Sequence record: OQ718158.1
Direction: 5' to 3' (one strand)
Length of the DNA: 64,000 nt
The number at the start of each line of letters is the position of its first letter. Positions within the stretch are counted from its first letter, which is position 1. Positions 15,495 to 24,831 of the stretch are shown here, piece by piece. The notes beneath the pieces are model-generated. The model did no database searches. It was not told the DNA's origin and saw only the letters and a list, made by a program, of their open reading frames with translations. The position numbers and the translations under genes were made by a program.

Positions 15495-15821
15495 ATGACC
15501 AATAAAGTAATGACAGCTTGTAAAGGTAAAGTTATTGTAACTGAACTAGAACATGGTGAGCGTAAAACCGCAGGTGGTATTGTACTTACAAGTGATGATG
15601 GTAAGATTCGTGGTATTCGTTGTCGTTGGGCTAAAGTATATTCTGTTGGTGAAGACATTACCGATATCAAAGAAGGACAATGGATTCTAATTGACCACGG
15701 TCGTTGGTCGAGAACTATTGAGATTGATGGTATTAAAATGAATCTCGTGGATTATCCAGCAGCAGTAAGTTTGGTATCTGACACTGATCCACGCATCTCT
15801 GCTCAAACATTTGGTCGTTAA
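15495..15821 (+). CDS. groES: Co-chaperonin GroES homolog
   Basis: KVIVTELEHGERKTAGGIVL, KVYSVGE...DIKEGQWILI. Confidence 0.85.
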   Translation: MTNKVMTACKGKVIVTELEHGERKTAGGIVLTSDDGKIRGIRCRWAKVYSVGEDITDIKEGQWILIDHGRWSRTIEIDGIKMNLVDYPAAVSLVSDTDPRISAQTFGR

Positions 15822-15832
15822 AACATAAATCT

Positions 15833-15865
15833 AAAGCTCGGATATATTATCTGGGCTTTTTATTT
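15833..15865 (+). terminator. Rho-independent terminator
   Basis: AAAGCTCGGAT...ATCTGGGCTTTT. Confidence 0.75.
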
Positions 15866-15877
15866 GGATGAAAATAC

Positions 15878-16147
15878 ATGATAACTGATGATGGAAAATA
15901 TAGTTTTTCTGACGTTACGTTAGTTTCTAAAAATGGACGATTTATGTTTGAAGATAGAACTAACACGAAGTACGTATATGAAGTTTCTCATGATATGTTT
16001 AAGTACTTACTTATCGTATCAGCCCAGGCCGAAGCAATGGGTGTGAAGAACAAAGCAAACTCATTTAATTTTTTGTTTAATCAACTTGAAATGACAGAAG
16101 ACTTATTCACTGCATTGTTGTATGATTATGCAGATTGGATTTCATAA
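15878..16147 (+). CDS. Hypothetical protein
   Basis: 89 aa ORF. Confidence 0.6.
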   Translation: MITDDGKYSFSDVTLVSKNGRFMFEDRTNTKYVYEVSHDMFKYLLIVSAQAEAMGVKNKANSFNFLFNQLEMTEDLFTALLYDYADWIS

Positions 16148-16173
16148 ACACCTAATATACAAGGAAATAAAAC

Positions 16174-17127
16174 ATGACTACATTATGGACTGAAAAATAC
16201 CGCCCACAAACTATGGAAGATTATGTATCGAAGAACGAAGCCCTACGTCAGAAGATGGAAGAATGGATTCGTACTGGTGATATCCCACATATTGGATTTT
16301 TTGGACCAGCAGGGACAGGTAAAACTTCAGCAATCAAAGTACTACTGAATGGTCTGGAAGCTAACGGACACCTTGACCCTAGTGATGTAACAACACTGAA
16401 TATGTCAGATGAAGGTATCGATGCTGTTCGTGACAAAATTGATGCAGCAGCAAAACTATCATGTTTTGGTCGTTATCGTGTATTTGTTCTGGAAGAAATG
16501 GAACAAATGAACCACAAAGCACAGGGTAGCTTGAAACGTGTCATGGAAGATTACCATGAAAATGCTCGTTTCATTCTTACCAGTAATGAACCACATAAGA
16601 TTCAGAAACCTATTATCTCTCGTGTCCAGGTCATCACCATTGAGAAGCATGATATGGAACAATTCATGTCACGCATCTACAACGTACTATTGGCAGAAGG
16701 AGTAGATCTAAGCACTGATGAAAGTATTGAACAAGTACAAAAATACATCAATGCTTCATATCCTGATTTCCGCAAAACGCTAAACGTATTGCAAAGTTCA
16801 GTAGTCGATGGTAAACTTGTAAAACTTGAAGACAGTATTGAGAACTCTGCTGGGTATCGTACTGCCATTGTTGATGCACTAAAAGCTGGTAACATTCGTC
16901 AAATGCGTGAGCAGATCGTGCAAAACATTCCTGATGATGAGATGGATGCATTCTTCTCTTATCTGTATCGTAATGCAGAAATGTTCAGTACTGATGAAAT
17001 TACTCTAATGAAAATTAAGGTTAAGATTCGTGACGCTGTTGTTAAACAAGCTACCGTGTCTGACCGTGAAATGAATCTCAGTGCATTACTGTGTGAGATT
17101 GACCTAATCTGTTCGGGGAACATGTAA
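16174..17127 (+). CDS. Clamp loader AAA+ subunit (gp44/RFC small subunit-like)
   Basis: LWTEKYRPQT, GPAGTGKT, RFILTSNEPHKIQKPIISR, YPDFRKTLNVLQ. Confidence 0.92.
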   Translation: MTTLWTEKYRPQTMEDYVSKNEALRQKMEEWIRTGDIPHIGFFGPAGTGKTSAIKVLLNGLEANGHLDPSDVTTLNMSDEGIDAVRDKIDAAAKLSCFGRYRVFVLEEMEQMNHKAQGSLKRVMEDYHENARFILTSNEPHKIQKPIISRVQVITIEKHDMEQFMSRIYNVLLAEGVDLSTDESIEQVQKYINASYPDFRKTLNVLQSSVVDGKLVKLEDSIENSAGYRTAIVDALKAGNIRQMREQIVQNIPDDEMDAFFSYLYRNAEMFSTDEITLMKIKVKIRDAVVKQATVSDREMNLSALLCEIDLICSGNM

Positions 17128-17753
17128 TGAAAGACCGTTGTATTGTATTCGACTGTGATGAAGTACTACTAGATCACATTGGTTCATTAGGAGAATACGC
17201 AAAACTCCAATATGATATCAACCCAACAACACCATACCCACTCGCATACGATTTATCCGAATGGTTTGGTGTTTCACGAGAAAAAGTTCAAGAGATCATT
17301 ACTGAATTCAATCAACGTTCGTATATGTTTGGATTACTAAAACCTGTAGAAACTAACACTGTAAGTATTATGCATGAACTGCGTGATCGTTTTTACAAGG
17401 AAAAATTCATAGTACTGACTAAGTGTGGTAAGAAAGGTTATAGCGAGGTACTTCGCAATACTAATCTTATGCATGTATTTGGTGAGACATGTTTTGATGA
17501 AATCATCATTGTTGAAATGAATGAATCTAAGCATGAAGCACTAGTAGAATTAAAAGAACGATATGACGTAAAACTGATGATTGATGATTATATCAATAAT
17601 ATTGAAACATCAATGGAATTGGGTATCCCATCAGTTATGATGCGAGCGTCCCACAATCATATGTATAAAAATGGTTATGGGTATGACTATGTTAACAACT
17701 GGGATGAACTACGTTTAAAAATCTATTCAGTACTGTCGAAATATTACCAATAA
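17127..17753 (+). CDS. HAD-superfamily 5(3)-deoxyribonucleotidase-like protein
   Basis: IVFDCDEVLLD motif I, SKHEAL, MIDDYINN motif IV, RASHN. Confidence 0.75.
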   Translation: MKDRCIVFDCDEVLLDHIGSLGEYAKLQYDINPTTPYPLAYDLSEWFGVSREKVQEIITEFNQRSYMFGLLKPVETNTVSIMHELRDRFYKEKFIVLTKCGKKGYSEVLRNTNLMHVFGETCFDEIIIVEMNESKHEALVELKERYDVKLMIDDYINNIETSMELGIPSVMMRASHNHMYKNGYGYDYVNNWDELRLKIYSVLSKYYQ

Positions 17754-17760
17754 TATAGTA

Positions 17761-17800
17761 AAAACAATGGGGATTATTTAATCCCCTTTTATTGTTTTTT
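17761..17800 (+). terminator. Rho-independent terminator
   Basis: AAAACAAT-GGGGATT-ATTT-AATCCCC-..ATTGTTTTTT. Confidence 0.7.
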
Positions 17801-17852
17801 AAAAGTAGTAAATAGTATTATATGTGCTAGTTTTTTAAGGATAATATAAAAC

Positions 17853-18419
17853 ATGGATGATTTAGATTATACAGATAATGCAGTCCAGCAGTTGTATGAT
17901 AACAGCGGTATGCTAGATATACTTCTGGCTGTTGAAAAATATTTTGATGATAATGATTTGTACGCATATCATGGTATCATCGAAGGTGAACTCGTTGAAG
18001 GTCCGATTGTTAGTAAGTACTGGTGTACTGTGACATTCAAATACTATCGTGAGAATTTCCCTGATCCTACTGCATTCTCAATTCTTGAGAAGCACGGGAC
18101 TAAGGTATATGTGAAAGCAGATTATGAAATTACACCTATTCAAGAACCTAACCGTCAGGCTGATATGAAGAGTGTTGCAACGCAATCTGGTTCTGTTCGT
18201 ATTCCGAAAAATGAACGAATTCCAGTTCTATTGGTTCGTGTACAAATTCCTAGAAACCTAATCAACCCTGAAAGTTTTGATGAATACAAACTAATGGCTT
18301 CCGAGTTCAATAGTAATCCTATGAATGCACAAGAACCATCAGATGAACCAATTACTGGTGAAGATGTTGATTTAGATGTAGAAGTATCTGATGATGTACA
18401 ACAAGGTGGTATGCAATGA
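17853..18419 (+). CDS. Hypothetical protein
   Basis: 188 aa, AAGGA RBS, host-like codon use. Confidence 0.7.
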   Translation: MDDLDYTDNAVQQLYDNSGMLDILLAVEKYFDDNDLYAYHGIIEGELVEGPIVSKYWCTVTFKYYRENFPDPTAFSILEKHGTKVYVKADYEITPIQEPNRQADMKSVATQSGSVRIPKNERIPVLLVRVQIPRNLINPESFDEYKLMASEFNSNPMNAQEPSDEPITGEDVDLDVEVSDDVQQGGMQ

Positions 18420-19096
18420 AAAAGAAACTAAATGAACAAGGTTTACGTCCACAAGTACTAAAGGATTTGATTCATCCTATTATTAGTGTAGATGAATATA
18501 CTCCTAAGATTGAAGATAGTAATATCGTTGTTATGTTTCAAGTACTAAACAACTTTGATGCTGCATATGACCTGTCATCTTTTATTGAGAAGTCACCAAT
18601 TGATGCAGTTGATACGGAAGCTGCTGAAACACCTAATCTGGATGGTCGTTATCAGGTATTCGTTGAAATGGAACGTGATGCGGAATTTCCAGAAAACCTA
18701 CTTCGTCTTATCAAAACTATTGAAAACATTTGCCCAAATCCTGGCTGGAAGATTCAGCTTTATGGTGTGAATGATCCGATTGATGTTGATTTTGATGAAA
18801 TTCAACAACGTATCGATTTGGGTATTCCTAAATCCATCAGTGAATTTTTAGACTTTGCTGGTGTATCTGTTGTTAAAGAAGGTCACATGCTTGCATTAAA
18901 CACTGCATATGGTAAACTACATTACAGTACTGGTAGTGGCTTTGTGTCAGAAGCATACGTAAAACAGCTTCTATCGAACGATACGCAGGTAGATACATCT
19001 CGTTTAAGTTCGGTACTAGGTGAAAGTTATAGCGTCCTACGAAGCGGCAATCAGTATGTAGTAGGCAAAGATGGGAAGTATTTGGTGTTACGATGA
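18416..19096 (+). CDS. Hypothetical protein
   Basis: 226 aa, ATGA-coupled. Confidence 0.7.
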   Translation: MKKKLNEQGLRPQVLKDLIHPIISVDEYTPKIEDSNIVVMFQVLNNFDAAYDLSSFIEKSPIDAVDTEAAETPNLDGRYQVFVEMERDAEFPENLLRLIKTIENICPNPGWKIQLYGVNDPIDVDFDEIQQRIDLGIPKSISEFLDFAGVSVVKEGHMLALNTAYGKLHYSTGSGFVSEAYVKQLLSNDTQVDTSRLSSVLGESYSVLRSGNQYVVGKDGKYLVLR

Positions 19097-19911
19097 GAAT
19101 TTTAAACATGCTTAAATCTCTCCATGAGACTACCAAACTTCACCAAGACGACAAGTATCATCGTAGTACAACTAAAGATTTGGCATGTAGGATGTATATG
19201 AGACGATTCGAAATTTCTCGAATCGGTAAAGGATGGGACGATATCAAACGTGAAGATATCGACCCTGATGCGGTATTCAAAGCATACATGGCACGAAAAG
19301 TTTTTATCAATGAGAAAACTTTTTATATTGACAGCGATAAAGAACTTGAAGTAAAATTTACGAAAGGCTTGTGGAAGATTTGGTGCTTAGAGACGTTCGG
19401 TGAAGTTTTACCAGAGCCACCAGTACCAGAAACTTACAAAGATCTAAAAGCTATATTTGACAATGAACATATACATACAAATTACTCACTATATGAAACT
19501 GTTTCCGAAGCGGTATTTTATGGAGAGTTGAACGGTCATAACAAGTACTTTGATAGTATGGTGAGTTTTGATTTATTCTGTCATCTCCCTGGTATCTCTA
19601 GTTGGACATGTGACCAGCATCGAGCTAGTAAGGTAGACAAGCGTAAGTTCTCTGCTCAACGCTTTATGCAAGCTGCTATGGGTATGTACAAATTGGATTA
19701 TCTTGGGTGTCCAGAACCATATAAACATTTTTGGAAAGAACGTGCACAAAAGTGCATGAACTATTGTATAATTCGTTTAATGGATTCATACATTTTAAAA
19801 TTCAGAAATGCAACTGTGTATGATATGCCGGAACCACCAAAGAATGAAAAGTACCCACCAGTAAAAACATTTGTGTGGTACAAGGACAAGAGTAACAAAA
19901 GGATGCACTAA
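19093..19911 (+). CDS. Hypothetical protein
   Basis: 272 aa, ATGA-coupled. Confidence 0.7.
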   Translation: MRILNMLKSLHETTKLHQDDKYHRSTTKDLACRMYMRRFEISRIGKGWDDIKREDIDPDAVFKAYMARKVFINEKTFYIDSDKELEVKFTKGLWKIWCLETFGEVLPEPPVPETYKDLKAIFDNEHIHTNYSLYETVSEAVFYGELNGHNKYFDSMVSFDLFCHLPGISSWTCDQHRASKVDKRKFSAQRFMQAAMGMYKLDYLGCPEPYKHFWKERAQKCMNYCIIRLMDSYILKFRNATVYDMPEPPKNEKYPPVKTFVWYKDKSNKRMH

Positions 19912-19927
19912 GGTGCGTCCTTTTTTT
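19897..19927 (+). terminator. Rho-independent terminator
   Basis: GGATGCAC-TAAG-GTGCGTCC-T7. Confidence 0.85.
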
Positions 19928-19941
19928 CTTTAAAAAATGGT

Positions 19942-19970
19942 TTGACAAATACATCGTGTGTATGTAGAAT
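19942..19970 (+). promoter_or_regulatory. Sigma70-type promoter
   Basis: TTGACA-N17-TAGAAT. Confidence 0.85.
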
Positions 19971-20010
19971 GTACGTATCGTATCAATTTTAATTAATTAA
20001 GAGGTTAGTA

Positions 20011-21138
20011 ATGAAAGGAAAATATTTTTTCATTGACAACGGAAAAGAAGTTGAAATCAAAGAATTTAACTTCAACTACGTTCTTAACTCACTGTTAAAA
20101 CAGTATGATCGTTCATCGAATCGAAAATATATGTATACCATTGTTGTGGACAGAACATACGATTCATTGGGAAATCCACATTTCGACACCCGTTCACTTT
20201 CACTCGACGAGATCTATTTTGATAATCGCCGTTTGAAGGTAATGGATTTGATGAAAGATAAAATTCATTTCTCAAATGTGAGAATCGTTCCAGATCTCCC
20301 AATTCCTCCGTTAGAGAAGGAGTACCGAGACTGGAAGGAAGGCAAACTTCGTCCAAACATGGCAGCAGTAGCTACTTCACCAGAAGTTCCGGCTCCTATT
20401 GTTCTTAAGAAGAAACCTATCGATCCTGAATGTGATATGGTTGCTGACATTGAACGTTGGATGGAATTCCCAGATACAATTAAAAAAGATTCAGTAAAAG
20501 TACTGGATTGGTATGTTAACCTCCCAGTATGTGCACAAGAAGTTGGTATGAAGATTCAGAAGATCTCTGAGCGACAATTGGATTTGAACGCAGCACTACA
20601 ACAACACAGTGATTATATCCGTTTATTAATGGGTAACCTTACAACAGCACTGGAAAAGTTATTCCCGTTGAAGCCTACCTTTGCACAGAAGTTGTTTGGG
20701 AAAGCAGATATCAAAGTTCAACCATCTGATTTACCAAAAGTAATGAAAGCATTGAATGAGGCCGTGAAGTACGATACTAACAAGTTTAGTGGTATTACGT
20801 CTTTATTCACTGAAATTCGTGAGGAAGTTCGTGAAATCAAAAATGAACTTGAGTATGGTAAGATTGGGTGTGAATATGCAATTCGTCGTTTGGAAGATCC
20901 ATTTGAATATGAACTAACGCTTGAACGTATTATGAAAATGGGTATTTCAACAGCAATGACTGAAACTAGTATTGTTGGTGTTAGTAAGCAGTATCAGATT
21001 GATATGAGCCGAATGATTGATATTCAAACTATCACTATCCCATTGATTATAGGTCGTTTACAAGCTCAAACTGGTAAAGCAGTCGATGAAGATACTGCCA
21101 ATATCATTCGCAACCTAGCGTATGGAAATAAAGAGTAA
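20011..21138 (+). CDS. Coiled-coil protein; C-terminal half resembles a divergent TelA-type domain
   Basis: KPTFAQKLFGK and IQTITIPLII resemble TelA segments; adjacent to a TelA gene. Confidence 0.45.
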   Translation: MKGKYFFIDNGKEVEIKEFNFNYVLNSLLKQYDRSSNRKYMYTIVVDRTYDSLGNPHFDTRSLSLDEIYFDNRRLKVMDLMKDKIHFSNVRIVPDLPIPPLEKEYRDWKEGKLRPNMAAVATSPEVPAPIVLKKKPIDPECDMVADIERWMEFPDTIKKDSVKVLDWYVNLPVCAQEVGMKIQKISERQLDLNAALQQHSDYIRLLMGNLTTALEKLFPLKPTFAQKLFGKADIKVQPSDLPKVMKALNEAVKYDTNKFSGITSLFTEIREEVREIKNELEYGKIGCEYAIRRLEDPFEYELTLERIMKMGISTAMTETSIVGVSKQYQIDMSRMIDIQTITIPLIIGRLQAQTGKAVDEDTANIIRNLAYGNKE

Positions 21139-21145
21139 AAAGTAG

Positions 21146-21174
21146 TTGACAGTACTGAGTGTTGCCTGTAGAAT
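21146..21174 (+). promoter_or_regulatory. Sigma70-type promoter with AGTACT abutting the -35
   Basis: TTGACAGTACTG...TAGAAT, 17-nt spacer. Confidence 0.85.
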
Positions 21175-21220
21175 GTTTATCACTGAGCAACACTATCTTA
21201 AATTAACTGAGGAATACACA

Positions 21221-22363
21221 ATGTCCGAGAAAGAAATCAATCCGAAAAAAGCAACAGTTAAACAAGCCAAAGCAACCAAAACTGCCAAACGTACTACCAA
21301 AACAGCAGCACACACAATTGACGCAACTGATATCTTCGAACAACAGTCCAAGTCACTTCCAGTACTGAAAGATACTAAAGGCAACAGTATGGCTTTAACT
21401 GTGCAGAATATTAATACCATCGGAACCACTGCTGGGGCAGGTGTAGGACGTTTGGCTGATGAAATCATGTCAAAAGTTAACGTCACTGATGATAATACCG
21501 AATTCGGTAAGTCTATTACTACTATCTTGACATTGACTCGTGCAGTTGATATTGATAGTCTACAGGATGATAAATCAATCGTAGGCTGGGTCAAAAAACT
21601 TTTTGTTAATGCTAAACAGAAAGTTGGCGATCAGTACAAAAACAGTAAAGAACAAATTGATGAAATCATGAACACTCTTCAGGTTGGTATTAACCGCCAG
21701 CATGGGGAATGTGCATGGCTAGACACTGCTTACAACGAAAACAAAAACTATCTCTTTGAACTGCGTGATACGTTAGTTGAGTTGGAAGAAGTTACCAAAG
21801 CACAAGATGCTGAATTGGTAGCAATGCAAGCGAACCCTGACGTTGATTCTTTTGCAATCCAGGAGCAAAAGATGATTTGTGAAGCTCTTTCTAAACAGGA
21901 AGATAAGATTCGTCGTCTTATCATGATGTGTGAACTGAGCGGTCCTCGCCTGATGAGTATGAAGAAAGTAAACCTCAACACTGTTTCTAAGTTTGAGGAT
22001 TTGAAATCAGTTGTTATTCCAGCATGGAAATCACAATTGGCTGAACAGTTGATTTCCGAACGTCAACGTAAAGACAATGAGTTGGGTAATCTGATTGACA
22101 ATGAAACTAACCGTTTACTCGAAGTAAACTCTAAAATGGTAGCAACTAACATGTTGGATGCTGCTAAGGCAAATAATCGTGGTATCGTGGATATTAAAAC
22201 ATTGCGTAATGTACACAAAACAATGATCGATAGCATCGAAGCAGTACTGATTGAAGAGAAGAAAGGTAAAGAAGAGCGTGAGCGAGCTAAGATTGAAATC
22301 GCAAAACTCTCTCATGAACTTGAAGATACTCTTCGTGAAATTGCTGAAAAAGCTAACAAGTAA
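21221..22363 (+). CDS. telA: Toxic anion resistance protein TelA/KlaA family
   Basis: INTIGTTA..GVGRLADEIMSKV, SIVGWVKKLF, ELSGPRLMSMKKVN, VVIPAWKSQLA, VDIKTLRNVHK; start at ATG 21221 with GAGGA RBS. Confidence 0.75.
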   Translation: MSEKEINPKKATVKQAKATKTAKRTTKTAAHTIDATDIFEQQSKSLPVLKDTKGNSMALTVQNINTIGTTAGAGVGRLADEIMSKVNVTDDNTEFGKSITTILTLTRAVDIDSLQDDKSIVGWVKKLFVNAKQKVGDQYKNSKEQIDEIMNTLQVGINRQHGECAWLDTAYNENKNYLFELRDTLVELEEVTKAQDAELVAMQANPDVDSFAIQEQKMICEALSKQEDKIRRLIMMCELSGPRLMSMKKVNLNTVSKFEDLKSVVIPAWKSQLAEQLISERQRKDNELGNLIDNETNRLLEVNSKMVATNMLDAAKANNRGIVDIKTLRNVHKTMIDSIEAVLIEEKKGKEERERAKIEIAKLSHELEDTLREIAEKANK

Positions 22364-22366
22364 TAG

Positions 22367-22395
22367 TTGACACAAGAGTGCGTTTTCAATATAAT
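22367..22395 (+). promoter_or_regulatory. Sigma70-type promoter
   Basis: TTGACA-N17-TATAAT. Confidence 0.85.
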
Positions 22396-22445
22396 GTTCT
22401 TATTGAAACGCACTCTTTTTTTAATATACTGATAAGGAACGAAAT

Positions 22446-23135
22446 ATGAAACGTCGTCATGTTAGTGTTGATATTGAATCTCTCGGTACTCCTGAAAACT
22501 CTGGCTATGATATTATTATTCCAAATTATGCAGCAGTAGTTGTTCCAAGTAAACCTGAACATGATATCAGACAATTTGTATATGTTAAGTTACCATACCA
22601 AGCACAAGTCAACGCTGGGCTGAAATCAGATGCAGGTGCAATGGATTTCTGGATGAATACATGTCAGAAGGAATATCCTAATGCATATGCTGAAGTTGCC
22701 AGTACTATGGCACTTGTTGCACCAGAATTGTACGGTCCTAATGGTAAATCCAAACAAATCTTTACTTCTAATGGTATTGTCGATTTCTGGAAAGATATCC
22801 GTTTTGATTGTTATGGTAAAGAGGTTGAGCATTCAATTTGGGGAAATGGCTGCAACTTCGACTGTAGTATTTTACAAGCTAATCACTTAAAACTATTGAA
22901 TGTTGGTGATTTGTGGAAATATGATGCTCCTGAAAACGCACGAACCCTGAAGCGTTTATTGAATGAAGAAGCTCGTACTGAAATGGATGAGATTGTGTCA
23001 GTGCAGTTAGCTAAATTCGTGAAGTATGCAGAAAAATGTGGTATTAATGGTTTGGAATTACATCACCCTCTGTATGATGCAGCACGTGAAGCTATCCAAA
23101 TCTCCTATTGTCTCAATAAACTTAAACTGGACTAA
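22446..23135 (+). CDS. DEDDh 3-5 exo(ribo)nuclease, phage type
   Basis: VSVDIESLG, WGNGCNFDCSIL, HHPLYDAARE. Confidence 0.8.
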   Translation: MKRRHVSVDIESLGTPENSGYDIIIPNYAAVVVPSKPEHDIRQFVYVKLPYQAQVNAGLKSDAGAMDFWMNTCQKEYPNAYAEVASTMALVAPELYGPNGKSKQIFTSNGIVDFWKDIRFDCYGKEVEHSIWGNGCNFDCSILQANHLKLLNVGDLWKYDAPENARTLKRLLNEEARTEMDEIVSVQLAKFVKYAEKCGINGLELHHPLYDAAREAIQISYCLNKLKLD

Positions 23136-23138
23136 TAC

Positions 23139-24233
23139 ATGAATTTTATTATTCTGTTGATTCCTTCACTTATCGTTGTATTTGTTATGAAATACATGTA
23201 TGATAAGCATATCAGTACTAAAGAACTGTTGATTCATATTGGTTGTTGTATAGTTGGTGCTGCTCTTGTGCTTGGTATCTCATATGCAATCAACTACAGC
23301 CAATTGTACGATGTAGAGATTCTAAATGGGCAGGTAACATCCAAATATAATCACAAGGAGTTTTGTACACAATCAAGCTCATGTAAGCATTACACGTGGC
23401 ACGAAAAATGCAGAACTCGTTATGATAGTAAGGGGAAATCCCATCGTGAATGTGAGTCCTATAAGGTATTTGATTATTCATACGAAGTTGACTGGTATGT
23501 AAAAAGTACTGTAGGGAAGTTTGAGATTGAGCGAGTAAACCGTCAGGGTACAATGACCCCTCCACGCTGGCAACAGGTTAACATTGGGGATTATGCTGCC
23601 GCAGAAAGTTCTTATATTAACTATCTGTTCGCTGATAAAAACTCATTGTTCAGTCCTGATGAATTACATGAAATGTATGATGAGAAATATCTTAGTACTT
23701 TACCAGAATACCCAAGTGTGGTAGACTATTATAAAACACACCATGTAATCAACACTACTAATTATAATGTAGATGGTTATGATGAGTATCTGCGTGAAGA
23801 ACTAAAAACTATGGGTGCACGTAAACAAGTCAACATCCAAGTTTTGGTTTATGATTATAAAAACGTAGATTTTGTTGAGGCAACACTCGCTTCGTGGCGT
23901 GGTGGTAAGAAGAATGATGTTATTATGTTCTTTGGAATTGATAATGATGGGAAGATTGTTAAATTTGATAGCACATCATTTGCACAAGGTATGAAGAATG
24001 AAGAACTACATGCTAAGATGCGAATGGATGCATTAAATGAAAAATTAACTCTTGACTTACTGACCAAAGAAGTGCATAATATTGACACAAAGTTTGAAAG
24101 ACTCTCTAACAAAGAGTTCGAGTACTTGTCTGTAAAAATGGAACCACGTAAAGATGTTCTCATCGGTGCTTCTATTTTGTTACTGATTGTATCTATTTTC
24201 ATTGGCCTTTATATGAGGGATAACAAGTTATGA
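23139..24233 (+). CDS. Membrane protein with N- and C-terminal TM helices and a large periplasmic TPM-like region
   Basis: Two N-terminal TM, one C-terminal TM; KQVNIQVLV..WRGGKKNDVIMFFGID. Confidence 0.6.
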   Translation: MNFIILLIPSLIVVFVMKYMYDKHISTKELLIHIGCCIVGAALVLGISYAINYSQLYDVEILNGQVTSKYNHKEFCTQSSSCKHYTWHEKCRTRYDSKGKSHRECESYKVFDYSYEVDWYVKSTVGKFEIERVNRQGTMTPPRWQQVNIGDYAAAESSYINYLFADKNSLFSPDELHEMYDEKYLSTLPEYPSVVDYYKTHHVINTTNYNVDGYDEYLREELKTMGARKQVNIQVLVYDYKNVDFVEATLASWRGGKKNDVIMFFGIDNDGKIVKFDSTSFAQGMKNEELHAKMRMDALNEKLTLDLLTKEVHNIDTKFERLSNKEFEYLSVKMEPRKDVLIGASILLLIVSIFIGLYMRDNKL

Positions 24234-24784
24234 ATGGTAAAATTATTGCATTGATTGGTGTTGTTGTTGTATTCGGTCTTATGGCAATTGGATCAGTTAG
24301 TATGTATGTAGATGCACATGACCGTGCTGTTGAATTTGAAGGTAATATTAAAAAGTACTATGATGCATCAGAAAGCCAACTAAGTAAATACACTCTTGTC
24401 ATTCAAGAAAAAGTACAAGTTTCTGATAAGTATAAGGATGCATTGAAAGAAACCATCGAAACATACTTTAAAGGTCGTGAAGGTGTTGACCAGAAGTTTG
24501 TGATGTCACAGATTCAACAACAGGTTCCAAATCTCGATCCTAAGATTTATCAAGAACTTATGGTAACTATCGAGTCAGGACGTACACAGTTCAACAATCT
24601 TCAGAAAATGAAAATTGACCAGTGTACTGATTATGCTAAGTTCCGTAAAGGTTTCTGGAACTCCAAAATTCTTGATACTAACACATTCCCAAGTGAAAAT
24701 ATTGAACATTTATGTACAGTAGTTTCTGATACACGCACTAAGAAAGCAATGGATACTGGTATCCAAGAAGTAATTAAACTATAA
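24230..24784 (+). CDS. LemA-like membrane-anchored protein
   Basis: N-terminal TM, helical domain PNLDPKIYQELMVTIESGRTQFNNLQ. Confidence 0.55.
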   Translation: MNGKIIALIGVVVVFGLMAIGSVSMYVDAHDRAVEFEGNIKKYYDASESQLSKYTLVIQEKVQVSDKYKDALKETIETYFKGREGVDQKFVMSQIQQQVPNLDPKIYQELMVTIESGRTQFNNLQKMKIDQCTDYAKFRKGFWNSKILDTNTFPSENIEHLCTVVSDTRTKKAMDTGIQEVIKL

Positions 24785-24792
24785 TCTAAATC

Positions 24793-24817
24793 TGGGAGTA
24801 CATTGTACTCCCATTTT
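24793..24817 (+). terminator. Rho-independent terminator
   Basis: TGGGAGTACA-T-TGTACTCCCA-TTTT. Confidence 0.8.
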
Positions 24818-24831
24818 CTATAGGATTTATT

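Noticed and set aside
21146-21220. Longer N-terminus for TelA from the ORF track (TTG start)
   Set aside because: That stretch is the promoter; the RBS points to ATG 21221.
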